A model generated the notes under the pieces. That model did no database searches, was not told the origin of the DNA, and worked only from the letters and a program-made list of their open reading frames with translations. Source: Chiloscyllium plagiosum (lineage: Eukaryota). From it: a DNA stretch of 64,000 bases. Where the stretch lies: assembly GCF_004010195.1 (NCBI RefSeq), contig NC_057723.1, positions 65,407,903 to 65,471,902 of the forward strand, written 5' to 3'. Both the position numbers and the translations under genes were made by a program. Positions 26,711 through 39,024 of this stretch are shown here, one piece after another; position 1 is the stretch's first letter, and each line of letters opens with the position of its first letter.

Positions 26711-27469
26711 AGTCGCCACAATGCTACCCGACCATCAGCCTCCTGTCTCACTGGAGAGAGATAACTGGTGGTGTTTTGACAAGAAGGTCACCATGTTTCA
26801 GGAGAGGCAGAAAAAGATGTTTCTTCATAGTAATGTCAGCTGATGCAGGAATTGAAGCCTTTCTGTTGGCTTCACTCTACAGTGCAAATCAGACATCTAA
26901 TGACTGAGCTAGCCATTTATTTTGGAAGTCACAGGTGTGTCTAATGTATATGTTGCGAAATCTGGTTTAAATCACATGGATTACCAGGAATATTTTATTT
27001 ATTTAGTGTTGTTTTCCTGTGTACAGGCTTGTATTAATGAGACAGCTTCAAAGCAGCATAAAACTGTTGAAAAAAAATTGATTCGCTTTAATTCAAAAAT
27101 AAGTGCTACTGCAGGTTTTTGCAAAGATACTGCAAAAGTTGTACAGTATGAACATGAGTATAATTTGTATCAGACTATGAATTAAATATTTAATCTCTGA
27201 TTAGGAGTTTTGGAAGAACACCCAGTAATGCAAATCTGTCATATCTTGATTCATATAATGTTACAGTCTCTTAATGAGCTATAAAAACATTTTGATCTAT
27301 CTCACTCTTAAGTACATGTGTACTTACATGCATTTCTGAGTTGACTCTCTTGGATCAGAAGTTTAATTCTTGTTGTTGACATTAACTGTCACTGCTGGAG
27401 AAGAATGACATGATTTGAGTGATGCATTGAAATATTGGATCATTCTCCTTCTCTGCAATTATCATATCT

Positions 27470-27890
27470 CCCAAGACAAAGGATTTGATGGACCACGTTC
27501 AGGATTCACAGCAGAGACTTGAGCATCAAATCTTGTTGAACGTCCCAATACGTAGTGACAAAATGCTGCACCACGGGAAGTCCCATTTTTCAGACATGAC
27601 ATTACACTAAGGCAGCACTTGTCCTTTCTGGTGGACAGAACATTGTATGACATTATTTTTAAAAAACACAGAGTTGTTCACCCATGTCCTTGTCAACATT
27701 TATCCCAAAATCAACATCACCAAAGCTGATGAACTAGTCTAGATCACATTGTATTTAAGGGACTTTGCTGGGCACAAAATTGTAACTGTGTTTCCTGAAT
27801 TTCAATGTACCTCGTTATCTGTAAGCAAATTTGAAATGTCTTAATGTGATTAAAAGAGCTACATAAATGCAAGTTTTTCTTTCTTTCAGT
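27470..27890 (+). mobile_element. Old Deu-SINE (SacSINE1/AmnSINE-like)
   Basis: Degenerate Deu domain (tttcagacatgacatta...catttatcccaaaatcaacatcacc) and a taaatgcaagtttttctttcttt tail. Related relics near 32005-32155 (+) and 48870-49125 (-). Confidence 0.65.
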
Positions 27891-28467
27891 TCGCGTTTTA
27901 GTTTGCTGTCAAAATTCTGCACTTTCTGCAATTCCTGCATACCTCTTTATCTCTGTTCACCACTTGTCATTGTTCATTAACCCTGCACTCAAAAGAAATG
28001 AATCAGCAATAAATTTCTTGATACTCACTGATCCTGGCCTCTAGTGCCCTTAACCTCACCAGCAGTGACTTTATAGGTCATAAATTCTGGAATTACCTTC
28101 TTAAACCCTTCACTTATCTATCTTTCATCCTATCAGAACCTCCTTAAAAACCACAATATAATGAAGCTGTTGGTCTACTGACTATTATCTACTTCAGGGA
28201 GCTGTATTAATGCACATTGTTGATACTGTGCAGTTTTATACCCAACACTTTTGCCTCTGCAAGAAGTGTATCCTTGGTGAATGAGCTATCGCCCGACTCC
28301 CTATGGAGTGACTGCCACTCTACTGAGTAGCCTCTGCCCCATTTGAGTCATTGTAACTGATGAGTGACTGTAAACTATAAGACATGTTTTTCATGAGAGA
28401 TCAGCATCAATAGTTAGAAACCAGTATCACAAGTAAGTGAGCTCTCTCTGTTATGAGTTTTTAAATG

Positions 28468-28890
28468 TATTTTTCTAATCAACTTGTTCAAACTGTTATT
28501 GTGCACATTTGGGGTAGGTGGGCCTTGAATCTAGACCTCCTGGCATCACTGAGCAGAAGAGCCCCCCCTCCATGATTTTCTTTTTAAATCAGTCTGCTCA
28601 GAGGTGTTATTGCACACCTCCAGAGCAGATGAAACTTGAACCCGGGTCTCTTAGTCCAGGGGTAGGGACACTAGCATTGACTCACAAGTGGGCCCCTCTC
28701 TCATGATTTAACAGAGGGTTGATGCATTGTACATGAACTTCCAGGTGGTATTTGTACTTTTTTTAAATTTAATCTATATTTCTTAATCAACCTATTCAGA
28801 AATGTTATTACACATCTCTGGAGCGGGTGGGACTTGGACCCAGATCTCTCAGTCTGGAGATAGGCATGCTACCACTGCGCCACAAGAGTC
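28468..28890 (-). mobile_element. Cluster of three short tRNA-derived SINE copies
   Basis: Reverse complements of the 3335 family at about 28468-28565, 28575-28695 and 28776-28890. Confidence 0.7.
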
Positions 28891-29539
28891 CATCACTGTT
28901 TCCATAATAAATGACATCTGTCCACAATGAATAACTATTGTGCCTAATGTGTGACTTCTGTCTTTAATGAATGGCCAATTTCTGTAATAACTTTCCACCA
29001 CTCTTCCTTATGAATGACACATGTTCTTACTGAGGAATCACTTCAAAACTGGTTCTGATCTAAAGCTGTTGTGATCAAGCAGTTGGCATATGCATCCTGA
29101 CTATTAGTTTTGGACTGTTTGCTATTCTCGGTAAAGATGTTGCATCGACTCTGAAACACTGTGCCAGTAATCAGTTATAGAGCTATCTCTTCTGAGGCTA
29201 GTATTAAAGCATTTTGAGCCACACATTCAGTGGAATCTTCTCGGTCTCTGAATGGCATGGACAGTGGCAAGTCAGTTGGTAAAACATTGCAAGGGTGGAA
29301 AAATGGGATTTTCAACATTCAGGAAAGAAATGTCAGATTTTTCACACAAAGTTTTAACAGTGAGACAAGAATCTCTCTAGTGAGTGGGGATAGACTGATT
29401 TGAGTACCTTAGCATCTCATTATTACCTAATGTCACCACATTTAAAAACAGTTTTGCTATTTTTCCAGGGAGTGTAGAGAAACCAGATGATGACAATTCC
29501 TGATATGAAAGTCTCAGCAGGTAACTGGTGGCTGCACCA

Positions 29540-30260
29540 GTGCTTTCTCTGGATATCTATTTGGCCAGCATTTCCCAATATCTCTGGCAACAACCACTTC
29601 TGCTGTGTCCATGGAGGTTGGCATCGACAAAGTATGAGTCTCACCATGTCATCACGGCACAATTGGGTCTCACTTTCAACACAGTTCAGCACTTCAATAC
29701 TGCACTTTGGAGTTCAATGACATCTTACATTACAGTGCAGCTGCACTCATGCATCGGAACAGGGTGTACTTTGGGGCTTACTCACTTTGCACTTGTTTGA
29801 GTGATTGTGGCATCTCTGTGATGCCTTTTAGTGCAGACAGACTGTCAGGCAGCTTGCAATGAATAATCAACTATGGTCGGTCAGAAAATATGATAAAGTA
29901 TCCTGAATGAGTGAGTAGGAAGGGTCAGTAGTTTGAATAAATGGGGTGGGTGAGAACCATTAGGGGAAGATGCGGCATGCAATATTGAGAGTGATAGACC
30001 ACATACCCTGATAAAAGATGGGTGCAATGGCAGAGTTAGAGTGAGTCCTAAGTACCAGAAAGGAGGTGATGGTACTTGCACTTGCAGATCCTAGAATGTC
30101 ATTAACCATCTTGCAGCATTGCCTTGTGTTCATTCAGATGGTGGACACTGCATTGACCTGGCTGGCCACTTCATAGCAGAGTTTAGTGTAGTGTACAGCT
30201 GAGGTTTAATTGTGTTGCTCACAATGTGAACGCCACAGACTCAGTGAACATTTTGCTGCT
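29540..30260. mobile_element. Ancient PIF/Harbinger relic (transposase-like remnant on +, Myb/SANT remnant on -)
   Basis: Minus strand near 30085-30195 translates CYEVASQVNAVSTI*MNTRQCCKMVNDIL, fitting the Myb/SANT pattern W.EVA..V......R...QC.K..NDL. The + ORF 29528-29800 weakly echoes the HARBI1 YN..H..TR region. Confidence 0.55.
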
Positions 30261-33200
30261 GCTGAGTGCAATTTAGTGTGAGGGACATAGTACATATTTA
30301 ATGAGATAAGCAGTGGAGAATCGCACAATATAAGTTGCTAAAGCTCAAGGAGAGAAATCCTCCAAAATTGACACTTAGTGAGTTTTGGTAAAATTCAGTC
30401 CATAGCCTCAGTATCCATTGCATGTTGTTTGAATTCTACTCACAAGACATGGAATCCCACTGAGCATGAAAACTATCTGGAATTCAGCTTGTGTCATGGT
30501 TCTTTAAGGCGATTCTTTAGATTGTTGTAGGATTCATATTGAGTTTTTTGGAGGACTGAAAAATGTTTCAAAAGCAACAATATGCACTTTGTTTTAATGT
30601 GCAGCGTGGCCTTATATAAAATCGTGTGTTAGCATAAAGCTATTCAATATTATAACAATAATTGTCTAATGGTGTACCTAAAGCATAGCTACCTGAAAGA
30701 AGAACTGCAGATGTCCAGCATTTGTGGAACTGTAATCAAAGTCATACATCTCAGGAAAGGAAAGGCAAAATTGTGTAAAAATGGAAAGGACAAATATCCT
30801 TAGTTGTTCATTCTCTGAACTTACTATCACATCTGAGTGGATGTTAACAAAGTGAGTGGTGAGTAACATAATGATGCTGCACAAAAGTTGGAGATAAAAG
30901 TTACTTTGGAAGTCAAAGGCAATCCAGTGCATTAATCACTAATTATTGAATAGCAAGGTAGTTATTTCAATGAAAAATATTAGTCACTACATACTTATCT
31001 TATAGCCCCTTATTGCTCACAAGGTTTTCATACATTTCACTTGAAGGTATGTATGGCCTATGGCTGTAACTACCCATTACTTTGAAATTGATTATCAGGA
31101 AGAGTCTTGTTAATGGAAGTGCCCAAGACTGTTTCTGCTGTCTTACAGGGAAGACATGTCATATACAGTAGTCTAAATTTCAACTGCCACCAGTGACCAT
31201 TATTATTTCACATTCGTATTATACAATTCAAATATCCCCTCCCCAGACATGAGCCAAGTTTGGAATGAACAAAATCTGTTATTGTGCAGTGCAGTTGAAG
31301 TGGAGATCACCTTGGATACATTTTGCAAGGTATACTGCTGATGTGAAGTTTTATTTGACAGGATTAAGGGATAGATTTCACCACAAATTGGATATGTTGA
31401 CCCTTTGTGCCTGCTCCTCCAATTCACATTGCCATTGAGTGATGTTTTGCACCCAGTTGCACCACCTCGCAAAATTTACCCACTTATTAAAACTTTATAG
31501 CCATCATTCCAAATTACTAAAAACTCAGTGAGAAGAAAGCTAAAGATTATTGCAGGAAAACATTTCACATACATCATTAATTTTTATTGACACAACAGAA
31601 ACAATCATTGATTTAATTCATTTCACCGATTTCTATAGTCAAACCTTTCACTCATCCAGCAAACCTGCCTGAGCTATGGCAGCCCCTAGTTTTAATGGCA
31701 TATCTGAGGCAATTCATTACATTAATCAATGGGCAGTTCAGCCTTCATTTTATTTAATCCTTATTAAATGTTTGCAATAAATCTTGGAAAATATATTTTT
31801 TGTTTCAAATAATTAAAAATTTACCTCAAGTTTGTACCTTAATCCAGGTAGTATCTCTAGGAAGATCTGTGCATTTAAATCAGTGTGACAGTGTCTGAAC
31901 TTTTGCATGTGTAATGTGTTATGCTGTAACTGATAGGAGAAATAGCCATCATTTTCTTTTCAGTTATTTTTCATTAATGGTCATATATTATAGGGGATAA
32001 ACAAGTGCTAATATTCATCCACCAACCAACTCCACTAAAAACAGATACCTAGTCCAAGCTGCTTGAAACAACAGTGACTGAATTTCTAAAATATGTTTTT
32101 GTTTGTAAATTATCTTGGGATGAAAAGCAGCTGTATAATACAATTTCTTTCTTTGCCAGTTATTCGTCCACCTATAGTTCTTCAGATTTTAAAACCCAAC
32201 CTTTGTGTCATCTAACAAATTAAGACCAAGTTAAATGCCATGGAGAGAAAATAATGTACAGATTTCCATTCTGGCTTGGTGCCGAAGACCTACTTCATTC
32301 TTTGAATTAGAGAACATCTTTGATCACAGGGACAGTAGGAAATGAGATGTTCAAGTACAGTTTCAGGGTCTTTTGAAATAAAACTCCAGACACTTTGATG
32401 CAATGGCATGGTGTAACAAGAATCAGTAACCAACTTGGTCAGACAAATTTCAACTGAACTTTAAAGGGGCTATAAGATGGATCAGAATTGATAGATTTCA
32501 AATGCTTATTTGATTTAAATAATAAATCATTTATTTGATTTTTCAGCAGCCTCAGAATATCTTCTAAAATCTGCAGTTGATAAAATAAGCTCAGAATCAT
32601 GCTTACATTTAGCTTCTTACACCATTTTCTTAACAACAGCAAAAAGTCGCAATTGCTTTGGAACTGGCAACAAATCCACTTTGAAAAGGTAAGCTGTTCT
32701 GCTAAACTATCCTCTAGAAGCTGGTAGTGTCTCGCTCTCAAAGCCTCCCAGGCCCCTCTCCATCTGAACCTACAGTCAGTCATCCCTGCTGGGCTCTCAG
32801 TGCAGCACAACTGGTAAATGAAACGCACACCACCTTACCAAATCAGACTCCTAATGGCAACCTCTGGTGGCTCCTGCAATAAAAGATTAATTTGCTTTAT
32901 CAAGTTTAAACCTTAGTGGGCGATAAATCATGTCAGAAAGAAATAAAATGGTGAAAACGTGGTGTTCTTTTCACACAAAAGGCCACTGCAATTGCTTTTT
33001 TCTTGTAACCCTCCATCCCTGTTACTTCCAACTCTCAGGCATATATCTCTGACTGTATTTGTGATACTATTTATAATTGCAATCCTTTGATTTCAAAAAC
33101 AAAAGTTTGATCAGATTAAATTTAAGATTCATAATTCTTTCAGATTTTGCTTAGAGACTAATGGATAAGTAACTATGATCAAAGAAAAATCAGATATTAA

Positions 33201-34774
33201 AATATAAATGAACAAAGCTTTTATTTGCCATATTAAAATGCATATCTTTTTACTATTTTTCTTTTCATGTTTGTGTAAGTGCACTGCATATGGTAATTGG
33301 TCAAAGCACAACTTTGCATGTGCCTTTTCACTGGCTTGGGAGCTGATTCCTGTTGTATTGTACTCTATAGAGGTTTAATGCTGAGGGAAGAGGTGAAAGA
33401 GGAAAAAAATGCCTTTGAAGTAGAACAACTGCAATGCTGTATCTTGGAAGGTTACAAATGTTCAGGCAATCACAGAGAAATGAGTTCGGAGCACAGAACC
33501 TGTGATTTTGAAGAGATATTCTGAATATAAGCCACAGCCAAGTTCTTTTGCCATTAGTAAAGGGCAAGAGGTGCCACTTCCATTTCTGTGACTAAAGGTG
33601 GCTTCAAATTGCTGCAAGGAGGCAGAAATTGTGCTGGTTTCCAATATATCTTTGGATTCTAGAAAAGTCAGCTATCAATTTGATATTCTCACAAAACATT
33701 CAATAATCTGAACAGGTCAGAAATCCCAAACTGGCACAGTGATTTTCTGTTCTGTTGATTAATGGTGCCTGGGTTCTGTGTGGCATACACTGACCATCAA
33801 AGTTTGGAATCACCCTTAGGTGAATGCAGATTCTTTCAGAAATTCATTCAGAATCAGTAATCTTAATGTTGGCTCATGTTCCATTTCGGCAGTATGTGGC
33901 TTATGAGCATGTCCATTAAATTTGGCTTAGGGCAGTCAGTCCGTACTTTTCCTGGCTGTCAAAACAAATTTTATCCAATAGGCTATCAGCAAAGTGCCGT
34001 TAACATTAACTGAGCATAAGTGATAGTGGATGTGACTCGTGCACCGTAGTGACCATGCAGAGTGTCAACAATACCCAAATTGCTAAATGAATGTCTAGAT
34101 AAAAGCTCTTTACAAGTGACATCATTGGATTTTTTCATTACATTTTTATACAATTATAGTACTGGCCTCTTCCAAATCAGAACTAAAAACATCGTTTTAT
34201 TACAGTTGCATATTGCAACCCAGAATGGCTACTCACCTGTGAGTACTGTGGGTGATCCCAAAATTGGCAAGGATTGCCAGAAAATGTAATATTAAATCTG
34301 ATATTAATTGTGAATGGGTCTCATAACAAGTTGCTATAGAAATCTAGCAGAGTGTGCTGGCAGAGCCTGTGAAGTCTGTACAAACTAAATTTGCTGTATG
34401 GGAGGAGAGGATGCTTTCTTAAGGGCATCTTTTCATAGTCACCAAGGGATTTCAAAACACAATATTGTGAAGATGTTTGTCAGATCTGAGCAGTATTAAA
34501 CTGGGTTTTAATTTTAGTCAATAAATGAGATTTGTACCTGTGTGGCATCAAGTCATTGGTTTGGTTATAGTAGATGTTAATATCATTTAAATTTCAAAGA
34601 TTGTTAGTTTCCAAAACTGAAGTCCCCTTTCTACAGGGTGCACTAAGAATTAAAAAATGATGTTTGCCATATGCGCTGTCCCATGAGAGTGCTTAGTGTT
34701 GTTTGTGAAGAATACTGGTATCTAATAAACCTACCCAGATTAGGTGAAGATGTGGGAAAAGTAACTGACCAATA

Positions 34775-34975
34775 CAGAGAGTTAGAATCTGCCCTTTCAT
34801 CTTCAGGACATTTATTTGAATCCAAGAGATCCTCAAGAGATGAAGATCTCATCTGCTAACTGTGAGGGCTCTGTGAATTAACACTGGTCAAGCTCAATCT
34901 AGTCAACACAAGCCCACAGTGCGAAGCCATCCCAGATTCTGCACTAGTTGATAGTTTCAGAGAGCTGAAGGGATC
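34775..34975 (+). mobile_element. Possible LF-SINE-related relic
   Basis: Degenerate similarity to the recalled LF-SINE 5' half (cctttcatcttcagg...ttgaatcca...ctcaatctag...gcactagttg). Confidence 0.35.
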
Positions 34976-35085
34976 CTAGTGTGTAAAGTAGAACATGTCT
35001 CTCATGGCATTATTGGAATAACAAGCAGGGAATTTCAGGTGAAATCTTGTCATCACAGGGTCAAGTGGAAACTCTGACTTCAAAG

Positions 35086-37175
35086 GTCTGTGAACTCCAC
35101 TTGCCTACACAGTCTTTCTGGAGGCAGCCAATTAACGAGCCACCTCTGGGAACCCCATTCAATTAAAGGCAGCGAGCAGTGTCCTGAGGCTGCAGGACCT
35201 ACTGCTTCAGAAAACCTTAGCTCTGGCAGAGAGACAGCAAAGAGAACACAAGGATATTTCAAAGCTGACAGTTCACTCAGAATGCAGGAAAAACCCCTGC
35301 AATAGAGTTTGTTGAGCTGAAGTAGACAGGTTTTTAATCAGTAAGGGAATCAAGAGTTAATGGGAAATGGCAGGGAAGTGGAGTTGAAGATTATTGGATC
35401 ACATTATGAACAGACTTGATGACCAAAATGACTTACTTATGCTGATATGTCTTAAGGACAATACATTTTTTCCTGCTCCTAGCCTTCTCACTGGGGCATG
35501 AAGCTCTGGCTCAGTTGACCACACAGTATGCTGCCAGCAGACCAACTCTACTGAGCATGACTCTTATTGGGAGACTGCTCTGACCCTGCAAGTTCCCAGG
35601 AGTGCTGTCCTCATCCTCCTAATCAGCCCCCTCTGCTCTAATTATTAGTTGTCTAGAGAATAGTTATTGCCAGTATGACCCTCCTTTTAACAAGATTAGC
35701 TCTAGGATGCAATCCGTCGGGCCTCTGAGTCAAAGTCTGTTTTGCTTCTGCTTCTCTGGGTCTTGTAGGTTTTGCATGTAGTCTGCACAGGATTGTGCTA
35801 TATCTGGCCCAAGAAAGCTTGGTGCTGACACATAAATGGAAACTATTGCAATCTGCAGCACCAGTGCCCACTACCCATGTACAAATGCCTTGTCCACTTT
35901 GAATGCCTTTCTTTACACTCAGTACCAGTAAACACAAAGTGATTTTCATATCCAAGGAAGCAGCTGCACTCCAAAGCTGACACACAGTGCAAGACTTAGC
36001 AACATTTCATGAAGATTTTTGTGGGATCAATGCAAAGTGCATTAACTACAGGTGGATCTAAGAGTCTCATGATATTATTTTAAGTAGAGCATTTGGTCCT
36101 GACCAAATTTACACATCAAAAAACACTTAGAAACGTCAGATGTAGTTATTTGTCTTGTGCTGATAAAGTCTATAGATGTTTGCAGTGCATACAGTATCTG
36201 CTCTATTTTCTACATTTTTATTGGTTGTGATGTTGAAAGGCACTTTATAAATTTCATTCTTTTGAATAGTGTTAGATTATTAAAGCCAAAGATGATTGTA
36301 GAGAGGAGTGCTTCTAATCATCCATATTTCTCCAATCTAATCCAAATATGTTATTCGGAAAAAGATTCCGAGGCAAGCAAGTGGGTGTGACTGTCAGCTT
36401 CAGAGCCAGGGAGGGGTAAAAAACTGATCAGATTAGATTAGATCAGATTATATTACATTACATTACATTACAGTGTGGAAACAGGCCCTTCGGCCCAACA
36501 AGTCCACACCGACCCGCCGAAGCGAAACCCACCCATACCCCTACATTTACCCCTTACCTAACACTAAGGGCAATTTAGTATGGCCAATTCACCTGGCCCT
36601 GCACATCTTTGGACTGTGGGAGGAAACCAGAGCACCCGGAGGAAACCCACGCAGACACGGGGAGAACGTGCAAACTCCACACAGTCAGTTGCCTGAGGCG
36701 GGAATTGAACCCGAGTCTCTGGCGCTGTGAGGCAGCAGTGCTAACCACCCATTAGTTTCTTTTTGCCTCAGGTGAATAATTCCTCACAGAAAATAAGGAC
36801 CTGCAGATGTTGGCCAAGAATGGGATGGTGCCAGCTCTCCATATTCCAGTAACTGGCTGACATTCACTATCTGGGTCCAGTCATGAGTCCTATTAATTTA
36901 GATAACGTATTCTGTCTCAGTCCAGTTTTTAAGAGGGCTACCACATTAAAGCAGCTTCAGGAAACATTGGAAAATTGGAAGGGCAATCTCAGCCAAGTTC
37001 TAACCAATTAAGTGATATGTTAATTTGGTATTCTTTGTAAAGGTTTGTCATTTCACTCAGTATGGGGACTATTCTGTTCGATTTACCTGCAGGACAGTTC
37101 CGGGAACTGTGCTGATAGAATTAACTACTTTGATTTGTGGACAACAAATGAAAGCTGTTTGCTTAGTACATCCAT
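35086..37175 (+). repeat. Probable donor copy of the 1.8-kb duplication, with a later HE1 insertion
   Basis: Matches 23905-25677 apart from the SINE at about 36433-36750 and small indels. Confidence 0.95.
36433..36750 (-). mobile_element. HE1-type V-SINE (filled site; the empty site lies near 25252-25256)
   Basis: Reverse V-SINE with a (taatc/taatg)n tail and a short TSD atcag/attag. Confidence 0.92.
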
Positions 37176-37469
37176 GTTGCTACTTGACTACTACTGTGTT
37201 TATCATTTCTTGATGGCTGGAAAGTAGAAGAGACCAGCATCACATGAGTTTTCTCATTTGACATGATATAAATATGTATTCAGACAGTTTGGTCAAAGAT
37301 GTAGATTCTAAAGAACATCTAAAGGGGTAAAGAGTGATTGAAAGCCTTATGTTAATAATTGCAAGGGACAGCATATAGATGGGAAATAGGAGAGGGCCAA
37401 GGATTGATCCTTTGAGTCTCCAACGTTAACAGTGTGAAAGCAGAAAGAGAGTAGAAATTGTCTAGCAAT

Positions 37470-38052
37470 GATATATTGGACAGATGTACATTACATTGGT
37501 TATGCCACTTTTGGAATATTGCATGCAATTCTGGTCTCCCTGCTATGAGAAGGATGTTGTCAAGCTTGAAAGGGTTCCGAAAAGATTTACCAGGATTTTG
37601 CCAAGGTTGGAGGATTTGAGCTCAAGGGAAAGGCTGAATAGGCTGGGCCTGTTTTCCCTGGAGCGTCGAAGGCTGAGGTGTGACCTCATAGAGGTTCATA
37701 AAATCATGAGGGGCATGGATAGGATAACGAGACCCAAGATCTTTTTCCTGGGGTGGGGAAGTACAGAACTAGAGGGCATAGGTTTAGGGTGAGGGAGTAA
37801 GATATAAAAGAGACCTAAAGGGCAACGTTTTCATGCAGAGGGTGGTGCGTGTATGGAATGGGCTGTCAGAGGAGGTGGTGGATGCTGGTAAATTGCAATT
37901 TTTAAAAGGCATGAGTACATGAATAGGAAGCGATGGGAGGGATAAGGGCCAAGTGCTGGCAAATGGGACTCAATTAGGTTGGGATACCTGGTCGGCGTGG
38001 ACAAGTTGGACTGAAGGGTCTGTTTCTGTGCTGTAAATCTCTTTGCCCCTAT
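37470..38052 (+). mobile_element. CR1 LINE 3' fragment
   Basis: ORF 37484-37792 LYxxLVxPxLEYCxQFWSP...LFSLERRRLR, followed by the 3' UTR. Confidence 0.9.
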
Positions 38053-39024
38053 GAGAATGGAACCCAGTGAGAGCAGTCTCATCTAACTGAACAACAATGA
38101 ATAGGTATTGGAGGATGACAATGTGTTGTCAAAAGCTGTAAAGGGGTCAGTAAGAGTTTACCTTCATCCGAGTTATATAGGATAAATTTTTGGCTTTGAT
38201 GGCAGCCAACTCAATACTGTGACAGGAGAGGAAACTTGATTGGTGGATTTCAAAAGTGAAGTTACCAGGATGTCTAGTGTCAATTTGGGTGGCACCATCA
38301 CGTCCAAAACTTCAAAGTGGAATGGGAGTTTGGAACTCGAGCAGTCAAAATTGAAAGGATAACTTTGGGAGGAGGAGAGTGATGAATTAAGATTTGAAAC
38401 TGAGGAGGATAGAAAATGAGGGAGCTAAGACAATGTTGACATGGTTTACAATTGGTGGAAATGAGACTAAGGGAGCAGAAGATGAGTTTCATTGGCAAGA
38501 TGAGATTTGAGACTCACAATGAGAGATGGAAATGAAGCTGTAAAAAGATCAGTTCAGACTTAACAAGGAGAACCAGTGAGGAGGTTTAGCTGGTGGGGTA
38601 GAAGAAGAGATGGAAGCACCAGAAGCATCTGAATCCATCTTTGTGACGAAGCATTTTGTGAGCTTGTCTCACCTGTTGAAGGTGAGGGCAGAGAAATTGA
38701 AGGCAGAGGAGTTTTAGAAGATAGTTGGAGCGGAAAAAACAAATATTTCTTTGTCCAACAGTTTGGTTGAAGAGAATAGCACCTGATAGTGCTCTATGTG
38801 GCAATATTTGGCTAATGGAGTTGTCCGTTATAAACATTCAAGTTTGCATCCCTGATACTTCAGGGAGTGCTGATGAGGGCTATACAAAGGAGAAGAACCA
38901 GAGTGAAAGAGACCAGGCTGTAAAAGGTGGAAGTGAGTATGTTGCTAATGAGATCAGCTATGTCACATTGAATGCTGGACGAAAGGCTAGACTGTTGGGA
39001 ACTTGAAAGTGCTTAGAGACTTTT

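Noticed and set aside
32857-32874. CTCF-like motif (rc gccaccagaggttgcc)
   Set aside because: Two mismatches in the GGC core; expected by chance in 64 kb.
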